Shown piece after piece: positions 50,762 to 60,813 of a DNA stretch of 64,000 bases. The stretch is taken from contig CAWEXO010000004.1 in the NCBI GenBank assembly GCA_963813025.1, positions 1 to 64,000 on the forward strand, written 5' to 3'. The notes beneath the pieces are model-generated. The model was given only the letters and a program-made list of their open reading frames with translations. It had not been told where the DNA came from and ran no database searches. The DNA is from an uncultured Verrucomicrobiae bacterium (GTDB lineage: Bacteria; Verrucomicrobiota; Verrucomicrobiia; Chthoniobacterales; JAFAMB01). Within the stretch, counting starts at the first letter, position 1, and every line of letters starts with the position of its first letter. Made by a program: the position numbers and the translations under genes.

Positions 50762-51648
50762 TTGTCCGCGCCCATCGGGCCGCGATAAAGAAAGAGGCGA
50801 CTGGTGAGGATCAAGGCAACAATCAGGAACTGCACAGTGGCCATGATCATGGCGATCGCCGATGCCATCGGGTAATTGTAATCTTCAAAAGCCGCCTGGT
50901 AAGCCGCGATGGATATGACCCGGGTCGGGCCGGCCGGCGCTCCGAGCAGGACTGCCGAAGGGAACACGGAAAACGCCTGAACAAACGACAGGCAAAAAGC
51001 AATCAACAGTCCGGGGAGCATGAGAGGTAGATAAATGTGCGTGAATTGCTGCCCACTATCCGCACCGAGCGTAGCCGCGGCCTGCGCCAGGGTTGGGTCG
51101 ATCCCAGTGAGGTAGCTGAGGAGCAGGAGATAAGCGAATGGGAAACCGCTGACGACCAGAGACAGGAAAACACCCCAGAAATTATGCGTTAAATGGACCG
51201 GGCCGGACACTAAATGCATCGCCAACAATGCTCGATTGAACCAACCTTGAGGCCCCAGGTAGTTCAGCATGCCTTCCGCGATTAACACCGTGCCGAGGCT
51301 GATCGGAATTACCAGAATCGCTGCCAAAAGCCGTTGGCAACGATGGCGGCGAGTCACAAAAGCGATCGGTAAGGCGAGGCCGATATTCACCAAAGTAGCC
51401 GGAACGGAAATCCAGAGCGTGGTGGCGATTGTTCTGCTCAGAAAGGGTGTCGAGAAAAATTTGAGATAATTACCTGGTCCGAATCCCGTCTGGCTAGAAA
51501 ACGAAAGCAAAAATCCGTACAAACAAGGATAGACAAAGAGGAACACTACCACCAGCGCTCCTGGAACAGCCAACAGGGGTATCTGCATCCTTCTCTGTCG
51601 ATCGGAAATACCGACGAGGCCGTCGGCGCTACGGTCGGTCTTATTCAC
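50758..51648 (-). CDS. ABC importer permease (PotB-like)
   Basis: DPTLAQAAATLGAD motif; TM segments. Confidence 0.9.
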   Translation of the reverse strand: MNKTDRSADGLVGISDRQRRMQIPLLAVPGALVVVFLFVYPCLYGFLLSFSSQTGFGPGNYLKFFSTPFLSRTIATTLWISVPATLVNIGLALPIAFVTRRHRCQRLLAAILVIPISLGTVLIAEGMLNYLGPQGWFNRALLAMHLVSGPVHLTHNFWGVFLSLVVSGFPFAYLLLLSYLTGIDPTLAQAAATLGADSGQQFTHIYLPLMLPGLLIAFCLSFVQAFSVFPSAVLLGAPAGPTRVISIAAYQAAFEDYNYPMASAIAMIMATVQFLIVALILTSRLFLYRGPMGADK

Positions 51649-52773
51649 GTGGAAAAGACCAGGACTCTAGACGGATCAACGAACAGGGTTAATTGATCCC
51701 CTGGGGTGAATCGTTTGCTTGTCCGGGCCTGCAAGACCAGGTCCGGTTCAGCCAAAACCGTGACCAGATAATCGCGGCCGCAGTACTCGACCAGCCCGAC
51801 CCGGGCGGGAAGAACATTGGCCGGGCACGATGAGGCCGGTCGATCCGCGGCTTCCTGCACACGAATATCGTCCGGACGAATCGCCACAATTACTTTTCGG
51901 GAGGATAACGTTTCCCGAGCGACGCCTTCCAGGCGAAGGCCCGTGCGAAACAAGGAAACGCGACTGCCATCTTGCCGCTCCAGATCGAACTCAACAACGT
52001 TGCGAAAACCCATAAAACGAGCCACGCGCAGGTTTGCCGGACTTTGATACAAAGCTTCCGGCTCCCCGATCTGTTGAATACATCCGTCATGAAGCACAAC
52101 GATCCGATCGGCCAGGGACAGGGCCTCATCCTGGTCGTGGGTAACGTAGACGGTTGTGCGCCGAAGATCTCTATGGATGCGCTTGATTTCCGAACGCATC
52201 TCGATGCGCAGTTTTGCGTCGAGATTGGAGAGCGGCTCATCCATGAGAATTAACGGCGGTTCTATCACGATCGCCCGCGCGATTGCGACACGCTGCTGCT
52301 GCCCACCCGAGAGCCGCGCCGGCAGTTTATCGCCGTGCGCTCGCAATTGAACCAACTCGAGCGCGGCCTCCACGCGTCGATGTATCTCCTTTCGGGCCGA
52401 CTCCGCGCATCGCCAAGCCGAAGCCGATATTTCTCCGCACGTTCAGGTGTGGAAAAAGCGCATAGCTCTGGAAAACCATCCCGAAGCCACGCCGCTCCGG
52501 AGGCAGATGGTCGATTCTGCGTTCGTCCAGCCAAATGCTTCCTTCGGATAAGGGGAGAAGTCCTGCTAAGCAGTTCAGGGCGGTCGACTTTCCGCAGCCG
52601 GACGGTCCAAGGAAAGCAATAAATTCTCCCGCGGAAATCGTCAGATTCAGTTGCCTCACCGCGGTTGTCTTCCCAAAACGTCGCGTTACCCCATCGAGAC
52701 GCAGTTGCTGAAAGACCTGACCCGCTTCACCGCAGCGCATCCGCCTCGGGCTGGCCGGCAAGGAAGAGTTCAC
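51645..52773 (-). pseudogene. ABC ATP-binding subunit (PotA-like), frameshift near 52390-52396
   Basis: GPSGCGKST and FQSYALFPH in one frame, LSGGQQQR and DEPLSNLD in another; the shift sits in short homopolymers and may be an assembly error. Confidence 0.8.
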
Positions 52774-54107
52774 CTCAGCTTGGCTGCTCCGATTTCCTCA
52801 TCCCACCGATGGAAAGCCGTAACCATCGCCTTTGGTTCGAGCGGTGTTTCTGTCGGGTTTTCGGCGATGAGCTTCTCATATTGAGGCCGGCCGAAATCTC
52901 TGATTGCTTGCTGGCTCGGTTCCGGCGCCATCGACAGCGGGACATCCTTGATCGCCGGTCCCGGATAGAAATATCCTTCATCGTAGATATTGGCTTGCTG
53001 TTCCGGCCGCAACAGAAATGGCATCAGGTCGAGGAGGACAGCCACTTTGTCCGGTGCCGCTCCTTTCGGAATCGCCATGTAATGCGCATCGGTAACCCAA
53101 TGAAATCCCTTCAGGATGGAGATCTCCGCCGACTTTGGCACAATTCCTAAAACCCGCGGGTTGATGTCCCAGCCTGTCGTTGTGACAATCAAGTCCCGTG
53201 AGCCCTCCCCGAGTTCCTTCATCGTGGCGGTGGTACCCGACGGATAGTATTCGATGGAGCCGTCCAGCTCTTTGAGGTACGCCCAGGTTTTTGTCCAGCC
53301 CTCGACCGGATCCTTCGGGTTGGGATCGCCCAAGAGATAAGGCAATCCCATCAGGAACGTACGACCCGGCCCTGAATTAGCCGGTCGCGCATACATAAAG
53401 CGGTTAGGGTGGGCTTTTGCCCAGGCCAACAACTCAGCAGTGCTGGTAGGCGGATCTTTAACCCGCTCGGGCGCGTACTCGAGCAGTGGTCCGGAAGGAT
53501 AATAGGTAACGGTAATTCCGTAGCCGCTTCCCAGTTCGTACATCTTCAGGGCCGGAGGCAAGTAATTTGTTTTCAGGCCCGGAAATTTTTCCTCGTAGTC
53601 CGGAATGAGTTTCAGCCAAAGGTCCTGATCGATTCCCGCGGCAAGTCCGTCGAGGCCGGTCAGCACCAAGTCGATATCCAAGCGCCCGGCGTTTTGCTGG
53701 GCTTTGATTTTGCTGGGCAGCTCCGGAGCCGGAGCCTGGGTGAAATGAATTCGATCGACCAGCTTGGGGTTCTGTTTGCGGTAGTTCTCGATGCTCTGCT
53801 GGGTCAGCCGCAGGTTACCTGCGACGTCATAGATATTTAGCGAAACCGGCGATTTTGGTAGGGGTGGCGCGCTAGCCAGAGCCCGGCTAAGGCCGCTACG
53901 CCAGAAAACTGCGGCGGTTGCTCCGACCGAAAGCCCTGTGATAAAGCGCCGCCGGGAAATTCCCGCTTCAGGCCGGGAAGCTGAGACCTGGTGAGAAAAA
54001 GAAAGCATGGAGTTCGCAATCGGGTAAGGGGGGAGAACCAGAGTGGTATCGTCTCCGCGTCCTGTTAGCAAGGCCGATCCGACCAGCTCTGACCGTGCCG
54101 AGTACAT
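52770..54107 (-). CDS. ABC substrate-binding protein with Tat-like signal
   Basis: SRRRFI twin-arginine motif, ARPANSGPGRTFL; start uncertain (possibly 54008). Confidence 0.85.
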   Translation of the reverse strand: MYSARSELVGSALLTGRGDDTTLVLPPYPIANSMLSFSHQVSASRPEAGISRRRFITGLSVGATAAVFWRSGLSRALASAPPLPKSPVSLNIYDVAGNLRLTQQSIENYRKQNPKLVDRIHFTQAPAPELPSKIKAQQNAGRLDIDLVLTGLDGLAAGIDQDLWLKLIPDYEEKFPGLKTNYLPPALKMYELGSGYGITVTYYPSGPLLEYAPERVKDPPTSTAELLAWAKAHPNRFMYARPANSGPGRTFLMGLPYLLGDPNPKDPVEGWTKTWAYLKELDGSIEYYPSGTTATMKELGEGSRDLIVTTTGWDINPRVLGIVPKSAEISILKGFHWVTDAHYMAIPKGAAPDKVAVLLDLMPFLLRPEQQANIYDEGYFYPGPAIKDVPLSMAPEPSQQAIRDFGRPQYEKLIAENPTETPLEPKAMVTAFHRWDEEIGAAKLR

Positions 54108-54169
54108 CAGGTTCCGCCAAGCAAGTCAATGTCCGCAGAACACGCAGGCGGAGGTTTAGCGAAGGAGCA

Positions 54170-54278
54170 GCCTTCGGCGAAGACTCGTTCGAGCCGGTCG
54201 ATCGAGTTGCCATAGCCAAGACGGCTCAAACAAGTTCTCGCTGACGCTCGAATGAATTTTCGCCCTAACGAAGCAGGC
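54170..54278. repeat. Family A repeat, reverse orientation, partial
   Basis: Reverse-complement match to 1506-1613. Confidence 0.85.
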
Positions 54279-54499
54279 ACAAGGCCGTGTTGCGAGACAA
54301 TCTCTAATTTTCGCCGAACCGGCACAGGGCAGATGCTGAAGCAGCGGAAGCTTCCAGTACCTGCGTCCGGAGGAACAATAGGCGAGCCTCGTCGGCGATT
54401 CACCTGCATGGCCTTCCGTACGTTCAAGCCGTTCAGAGTACGGTCGAGGCCGTCCGCACTACGCCATGCGCTCAAGCCGTTCAAAGTACGGACGACGCC

Positions 54500-54647
54500 G
54501 GGTCTGTCGGACTTTGGTCAATCTGTAGCTCGCGCAATCGAGCTAAGGTTCGAGACATGTCCCAAAGCGTCTTTGGCCCTGCGCCGGTAGGGCGAAAATT
54601 TATTCGAGCCTTAGCGAGAACTTGTTTGAGCCGTCTTCAGTGTGACC
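54500..54647. repeat. Family A repeat half with outer arm
   Basis: Reverse complement of 5923-6070. Confidence 0.9.
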
Positions 54648-55091
54648 CGGTCCAAAAGCTTCCACTCTGGCGTAGCAAGCCGTGCAAAACGACAATCACC
54701 ATCGACGTTCTTGCTCGAAATGCTTTGCAAGAAGGCTCGAGTCTTGACGCGGGAAACCGTGTAGCGCACCCAAACTAGAGCTTTAGCGTGGTTTATTTTC
54801 CGTTTCGTGCGCGCATGGTGATGCCGGAATGAAGGGGACTATCCCCAGGCGCTCCAGTCTTTACTCGCCGCGCTCGACCACGCCGAGACTTTCATCGAAT
54901 AGGCAACTCGTACCCCCGGCCTGATTCGCGCGCGGGTCTGCGCGCGATTGATCGAGCGAGCGTCACGCTCGATCCCTACGACCTCTCCTGAGGGACCAAC
55001 GAGACCTCGGCCTCGGCGGCCGGCCAAGCGCACGCTTATTCCGGTTTCGTGCGCTAAGGCCTGACCTCAGCGCTCGACCCCTGCAGCACTT

Positions 55092-56951
55092 TCAGAACAC
55101 GTAGGAACTGTCACCCGCCGTCCCCGCTTCGCTTTCCCGGATGGCCCGTCGAACCACGTCAAATTTGGCATCCATTTGAGCAAGGATTGTCTGGAACTCC
55201 ATGTCATCGCGGAAGACGTGAAGCATTGGATCCTTCAACCCGAGCGGCAAGTGTAACAAGGTTCGATTAGCCAGATAACGCTGCAGATAACGATAGGCTT
55301 CCACGCTGTTCTTGAGGCAGCGGTAGCCCCAGGCGACGCATATCGGAATATCCCACGGAACGTCCGGCTGTCCTGGGCGTTCCAGCCGTGCCGCGCCAGC
55401 CTGCACAATTTCTCTCGCCAATTCGCGCGCCTCGGTCTGCCGGCCGCTTTCGCGCATCGCGATCGCCAAATAGGTTCTTGTCCAAACGTTCTCAGAATGC
55501 GGCCGAACGTTACATTGCTTGATGACCGCCGCCCATTTTCGGTGCCGATCGCACAGAAAAACAGCCCGTCCTGGACAGAATAGTCGTAGTTTTTCAGGTC
55601 CGCTGGCAACTGCGCAAAGCCCGCCGCCGCGACCTCGAACTGCCCGCGCCACATCGCGCGGTAGCACTCCAACATGTGATGACGTTGCGGATTACTTTCC
55701 CGATCGAGCGCTTGCTCGATCCAGCGGTCCGCCACGTCTTTGAGATCTGCGCCAAAGAGGATCTTTGCCGCATAATAGACAAATCTTGGCTCGCTATCCG
55801 TAGAGCAAGCTTTGCGGAAAAATTGGTAAGCCTCGCCAAACTCGTGCTTCGCCACTTGACGCATGGCGGCAAGCGCGTTGGCCCGGCCGTCATGGGGGCC
55901 TAGCTCCAGCGCTTTTTGTAACGCCTTGTCACATTGAGCATACCAGCCTTTGGCATAATAAACGCGGCCAAGCTGCTCGTACCCACGGACCTCGGTCGGA
56001 TCGAGGGCGTGGGAGACGGGCGATGGGCAAAGAAGCATGCTGGTGCTGGTGCATGATTTCGGCCGGAGTACCCAGGAAAGGCGGTTGTCCGCTCAACATC
56101 TTCCAGAGGGTTACCCCGAGAGAATAAAGATCAGATCTTATGTCGACCCCGACTCCGGCGAACTGCTCCGGGCTGGCGTAGGCCGGCGTCCCGGCGAAAA
56201 CACCCGGCACGGAAATGTCGCCGGCCAACGACTCGTCCGTAGCGGCTTTAGCCAAACCCAGATCAATGATCTTCGCGTTTGCGGCGCCCTCGTCGTCGAC
56301 CCCAACCATCACGTTGCTTGGCTTAATGTCGCGGTGCACCAAGTGCTGCCGGTGAATGGCAGCCAGACCGGCCGCAATCTGCCCGGCGATCTCCAAGGCC
56401 TCTCGCGGTTCCAGGTGGCCGGTGCGCAGGATCAAATTTTCCAGTGTCTCACCTTCGACAAATTCCATGGCATAGAAGATGTCGCGCCCCCGGAAACCGA
56501 GATGATAGACCGAAGCGACGTTCGGATGGCGGACACTCGCGGCCGCCCGAGCCTCGCGGAAAAATCGGCGACGAGCGGCTTCTTCCTGAAACAATCGTAA
56601 ATTGAGTACCTTTAGGGCAATCGGAATCCGCAAGTTCAGGTCGACGGCTTTGAAAGTGATGCCCATCGCGCCGTGCCCCAGCTCATAAAGATGACCATCC
56701 GCCCGGCGCAGAATTTCGTAATGCGCGAATCGGCGCGGATCAGTTTCCGGCAGTGGGGCCGTGGCCTCGTCGCGGATTCGATTTTCCGCGTTTTCCGGAT
56801 CAAGATCGGTGCGTAGAAGGCAGACTGAACAAAGGCCCGGCGGATCGTCCGCTGCCAATGTGGCCCCGCAAAGGGAACACACCGAGGCGGTCGAGCGCAC
56901 CCGGTCTTCCGCGCGCGTTTTATGTTCCGATTCATTCATGGGCGGCGGCAA
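55092..56951 (-). pseudogene. Hanks-type Ser/Thr kinase with TPR C-terminus, disrupted
   Basis: LGHGAMG, HRDIKPSN, IIDLGLA, GTPAYASPEQ and DLYSLG; the kinase breaks off near 56030 and TPR-like sequence continues in two other frames. Confidence 0.8.
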
Positions 56952-57075
56952 TCTGGGGTGGCAAAAGAGGATAATGACAAGCGCGAGAATTTCACTGCTT
57001 TTCTCGACCCTTGATAGTCTTCTCGGACTTCAACAGTGCCGATGTCAGTCTCAGTTACTTGCACTTGCACTGGCA

Positions 57076-58572
57076 CTAGGCACTTTCCTGGAACCAACTT
57101 TTCAGCCGGGGGTACAGGTCAAGAAATCGGTGATAATGGGATTCGTAGAGCGAGCTTTGCTTCATCTCGGGCGCGCTCACCTCGGAAAACGTTGGAGCAA
57201 ATCGCCGGGCGTCCTCGTAGTCTTTCAACAATCCAGCTCCAATACCCCCAATCAAAGCGGCCCCGACACTAGCGCGTTCAGTAGCATGTTTGTCCTTGCC
57301 CTGGTAAAGGGACCTACCCAGAACGTCCGTAAGAATCTGCCGCCACACCGGGCTGCTCAATCCGTTTCCGGACGCAACCAGGTAGTCCGGAGCCGCCCCG
57401 CAACTCACCATGACTTCAACGATTTGGCGCAGGGCGCACGCTACACCTTCGAGAAGAGCGCGAACCAGATGCCCCGGGCCGTGTCTTAAGGTCATTCCAA
57501 CAAATCCACCTTTCGCCCGCGGATCCATTAGCGGCGACCTTTCGCCGACGAGGTAAGGCAAGAAAAACAACCCCTCCGAGCCGGGTTCGACACTCGAAGC
57601 GAGCCGGTCCAGTTCCGCGTAGGAGCATTTTTCGATTCCCAAAGTTGCGCGCAACCAGCGCAGAGCCATTCCGGCCGACAACATCGCACCCAGCAAATAC
57701 CATCTCGTTTCAGGTGCATGACAAAATGTGTGCAGCCGGAGCTGCGCATCGAAAACTGGTTTGCTCAGCGGGACAAAGACCTGACCGCCGGTACCGATGG
57801 TTACCGAACCAAGCGGGGGATCAATCAGGCCGTTTCCGACGGCCTGCGCGGGCTGGTCGGCGCATCCTGCCGCTACGGGGATTCCCGCGGTTAGCCCAAG
57901 CTCCTCGGCAGGTTTCCGACTCAGTCCGCCAACGATCTCGGCCGATGAATGTACCGGCGGAAAAATCGCCCGGGGAAACTTCAGTCGGCTAATCGTTTCA
58001 TCGGACCAAACGCGTCTGCCGACATCAAAAACTCCCGTGGCGGCGGCATCACTTTGATCGGTGCCAAATTGGTCAGTCAGTTTGAAACGCAAATAGTCCT
58101 TGGGCATCAAGAGGATCTCTGCTTGCTCAATCGTTGCCGGTTCATATTCCTGGAGCCAGAACAGGGTGGAAACTAAAAACCCCGCGGCCGGAGCGGTTCC
58201 GCAGGTGCTCGCCAGCAGCTCCGGTCCGACCAGTTCTCGGATTTGCGGCAACAAAGGAGCGCTTCGCTGATCCGCCCAGATGATCGCCGGACGGAGCGGT
58301 CTGCGGTTTGACCCCATGGCGACAAACCCGTGCATCTGACCGCTGAGACCGATTGCTCGTATCTCCACGGTGCCTGCCTTCTGCATGGCTTCTCTCCCGG
58401 CGGCAATCGTGGCTTTCCACCAATCGTCCGGTTCCTGTTCCGCCTGACCCGCAAGAGGTGTTAAGATGGGATACTCGGTGGTCCCGGTGCCAAGAATGGT
58501 CCCGTCGTCGCTCGAACAGACCGCGACTTTTACGCTCGATGTGCCGAGGTCAATGCCAAGAAGCGCGCTCAC
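57076..58572 (-). CDS. xylB: Xylulokinase (FGGY family)
   Basis: GIDLGTSSVK, GLSGQMHG, AIIWADQR, PKDYL, FLPYLVGERSP. Confidence 0.85.
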   Translation of the reverse strand: MSALLGIDLGTSSVKVAVCSSDDGTILGTGTTEYPILTPLAGQAEQEPDDWWKATIAAGREAMQKAGTVEIRAIGLSGQMHGFVAMGSNRRPLRPAIIWADQRSAPLLPQIRELVGPELLASTCGTAPAAGFLVSTLFWLQEYEPATIEQAEILLMPKDYLRFKLTDQFGTDQSDAAATGVFDVGRRVWSDETISRLKFPRAIFPPVHSSAEIVGGLSRKPAEELGLTAGIPVAAGCADQPAQAVGNGLIDPPLGSVTIGTGGQVFVPLSKPVFDAQLRLHTFCHAPETRWYLLGAMLSAGMALRWLRATLGIEKCSYAELDRLASSVEPGSEGLFFLPYLVGERSPLMDPRAKGGFVGMTLRHGPGHLVRALLEGVACALRQIVEVMVSCGAAPDYLVASGNGLSSPVWRQILTDVLGRSLYQGKDKHATERASVGAALIGGIGAGLLKDYEDARRFAPTFSEVSAPEMKQSSLYESHYHRFLDLYPRLKSWFQESA

Positions 58573-58760
58573 CGTGGAAGCTTAGGCCGGTTAGACATTT
58601 GCCAGACGGTTTCCCACTGCGTTTCTAACTTTGTAATCCGGTGGTCATGCGATCGAAGCTCTTCGGCGAGCTTTTCCAGCCTTTCTCCGGCTTTCTTCAC
58701 ATCTTCGGTAATATTGAGGACTTGCCGGAGAGCGGCAACCGCATCGGTGAGATTGCTCAC
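58569..58760 (-). CDS. Small coiled-coil hypothetical protein
   Basis: 63-aa heptad-like ORF overlapping both neighbours by 4 nt. Confidence 0.6.
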   Translation of the reverse strand: MSNLTDAVAALRQVLNITEDVKKAGERLEKLAEELRSHDHRITKLETQWETVWQMSNRPKLPR

Positions 58761-59047
58761 GATTGACGTACGGCTAGTTTTCGATCTGTCCGCGAACGTT
58801 TCGCCTGCAGTTCGGCCAGCACCTCGTCTGCCTTTCGGATGCCTCTCTGGAGAGTGGATCGCGCTTCAGCAATCGACTTGGCGACCTCGGCCGTAAGCGC
58901 AGCGAGAACGGCCTCGTCCGGGGCCGGTTTCTCGTCGCAGCGGCTGCGAATCAATTGTGATACACTCACTCCGTTGCGCCGAGCCTCACGATGGAGCTGC
59001 GCCTTGAACTCTCTAGTCACCAGCAGAGTGACACGTTCTGTCTGCAT
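58757..59047 (-). CDS. CopG/RHH-like DNA-binding protein
   Basis: RVTLLVTREFKAQLHREARRNGVSVSQLIR pattern. Confidence 0.65.
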   Translation of the reverse strand: MQTERVTLLVTREFKAQLHREARRNGVSVSQLIRSRCDEKPAPDEAVLAALTAEVAKSIAEARSTLQRGIRKADEVLAELQAKRSRTDRKLAVRQS

Positions 59048-59188
59048 ATTAACATGTTAATGCACATGACAATAACGTCAAATTCTGTTCTTGGATTGAG
59101 TGAACAGCCTGTGTCACTCGCAAAAATCGCTGACGGACTTTGCAAGCGATGCAGGCTATGGCTTTCTCAAAAACTGATGCAAAATACG

Positions 59189-60238
59189 ATGCGCTACCAA
59201 CTTCTCGGCCGCAGTGGTCTGCGGGTTTCACAGGCCTGTCTGGGCACCATGACCTTTGGCGAAGACTGGGGCTGGGGTGCCTCCAAGGACGAAGCGCGCC
59301 GCCTCTACGACACTTTTCGCGAGGCGGGAGGCAACTTCGTGGACACGGCCAATGTCTATACTGGTGGGACGAGTGAAAAGTTCCTCGGCGAGTTCATGGT
59401 GGGCCACCGCGACGAGGTCGTTTTGGCGACTAAATACACCAACGCCATGCCGGGAAAGGATCCCAACGCCGCCGGTAACCATCGCAAGAGTATGGTTCAG
59501 GCGGTGGAAGCCAGTCTCGAACGATTGCAAACCGATCGTCTGGATCTTCTCTGGATGCACATCTGGGACCGGATCACCCCGGTGGAGGAGATCATGCGAG
59601 CGCTGGACGATCTCGTGCGCCAAGGCAAGGTGCTGTATGTCGGAGTCTCCGACGCGGCAGCCTGGTGGATAGCGCGGGCCAACACATTGGCTCATTTCCG
59701 AGGCTGGACGCCCTTTGTCGGCCTGCAGATCGAGTACAACCTTCTGGAGCGCACACCGGAAAGAGAGCTGGTGCCGATGGCCGACGCCCTCGGGTTGACG
59801 ATCACCGCGTGGAGTCCCCTGGGCAGCGGGCTGCTCTCGGGCAAATACCGCGTAACAGAGGAAGGGGTGCAGAGCGAGGACGGCCATAGCCGGTTGGACA
59901 GCCCCGAGATGCAGCAATTCGTCGGGAACCGGGAGCGGGTCAATCGAGTCATTGATGCCCTGAAAAAAGTCGCCGCCGAGTCAGGCCATTCTCCGGCCCA
60001 AGTCGCTCTGGCGTGGCTGCGGCACCGGGCGCATCCCGTCATCCCTATTGTGGGCGCGCGCAAGCTCGAACAACTCCAAACCAACCTGGCCGCCACGGAA
60101 TTGCAGCTCGACGCCGAACATCTCAGGCGGCTTGAGGAGGCCAGTGCGATTGAACTGGGGTTCCCCCACGATTTCCTGGACAAGCCGATGGTGCAGGGGT
60201 TCACTTTCGGCGGCACCCGCGAGTTGATCGATCCATGA
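59189..60238 (+). CDS. Aldo/keto reductase
   Basis: LGRSGLRVS, LGTMTFG, DTANVY, LATKY, WSPLGSGLLSGKY. Confidence 0.95.
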   Translation: MRYQLLGRSGLRVSQACLGTMTFGEDWGWGASKDEARRLYDTFREAGGNFVDTANVYTGGTSEKFLGEFMVGHRDEVVLATKYTNAMPGKDPNAAGNHRKSMVQAVEASLERLQTDRLDLLWMHIWDRITPVEEIMRALDDLVRQGKVLYVGVSDAAAWWIARANTLAHFRGWTPFVGLQIEYNLLERTPERELVPMADALGLTITAWSPLGSGLLSGKYRVTEEGVQSEDGHSRLDSPEMQQFVGNRERVNRVIDALKKVAAESGHSPAQVALAWLRHRAHPVIPIVGARKLEQLQTNLAATELQLDAEHLRRLEEASAIELGFPHDFLDKPMVQGFTFGGTRELIDP

Positions 60239-60296
60239 TGTGCAAGCAGGTCGGGAAGACCAGGAAATGAACGCAGACTGACCAATAGGAGGCACG

Positions 60297-60677
60297 TTGA
60301 ATATTCGTCCCGCTCAAAACGGGGATCGCGACGCCATTTGGTCCATTCTCGAACCTGTAATTCGGGCCGCCGACACATACGCCTTGCCGAAAGACTGGAA
60401 CAAAGAGCACGCGCTTTCCTACTGGTTTTCAGAAGATCATCTAGTCTTTGTCGCCGAAGAAGAAGGTGCGGTCTTAGGCTCTTACTACATACTAGCAAAC
60501 CAGCTCGGAGGAGGCTCCCATGTGGCGAACTGTGGATATATGACATCCACCGCGGCGACGGGGCGCGGAGTAGGGCGCGCCATGTGTGCGCATTCTCTGG
60601 AATATGCGCGCACCCGCGCTTTTAAGGCGATGCAGTTTAATTTCGTCGTGAGCACGAATCAGCGGGCAATCCGCTGA
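60297..60677 (+). pseudogene. GNAT acetyltransferase, C-terminally truncated
   Basis: GGGSHVANCGY, GRGVGRAM, AMQFNFVVSTN then a stop before the usual final helix and strands. Confidence 0.7.
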
Positions 60678-60813
60678 ATTCTGCCGTTTTCTTCGGGACA
60701 AACGCTCCGAACCGAGTGTGCTCCTTTTGAGAAAATCGAGAGCGTATCTTAACGCATGGGAGTAGTTCCCTTCCGTAGGAGAATATCCGATAGCGACAAA
60801 CGTCGCCGCCTAC

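Noticed and set aside
54421..54500. Two copies of TCAAGCCGTTCARAGTACGG as a mini-CRISPR
   Set aside because: Only two imperfect copies, no leader and no cas genes.
1230..54778. Recurrent short ORFs containing VGRKFIRALARTCLSR or NFRPT
   Set aside because: Translations of the family A repeat in varying frames, without consistent starts or stops.
54839..55033. LVGPSGEVVGIERD methyltransferase-like fragment
   Set aside because: Isolated short segment without start or flanking motifs; at most a small remnant.
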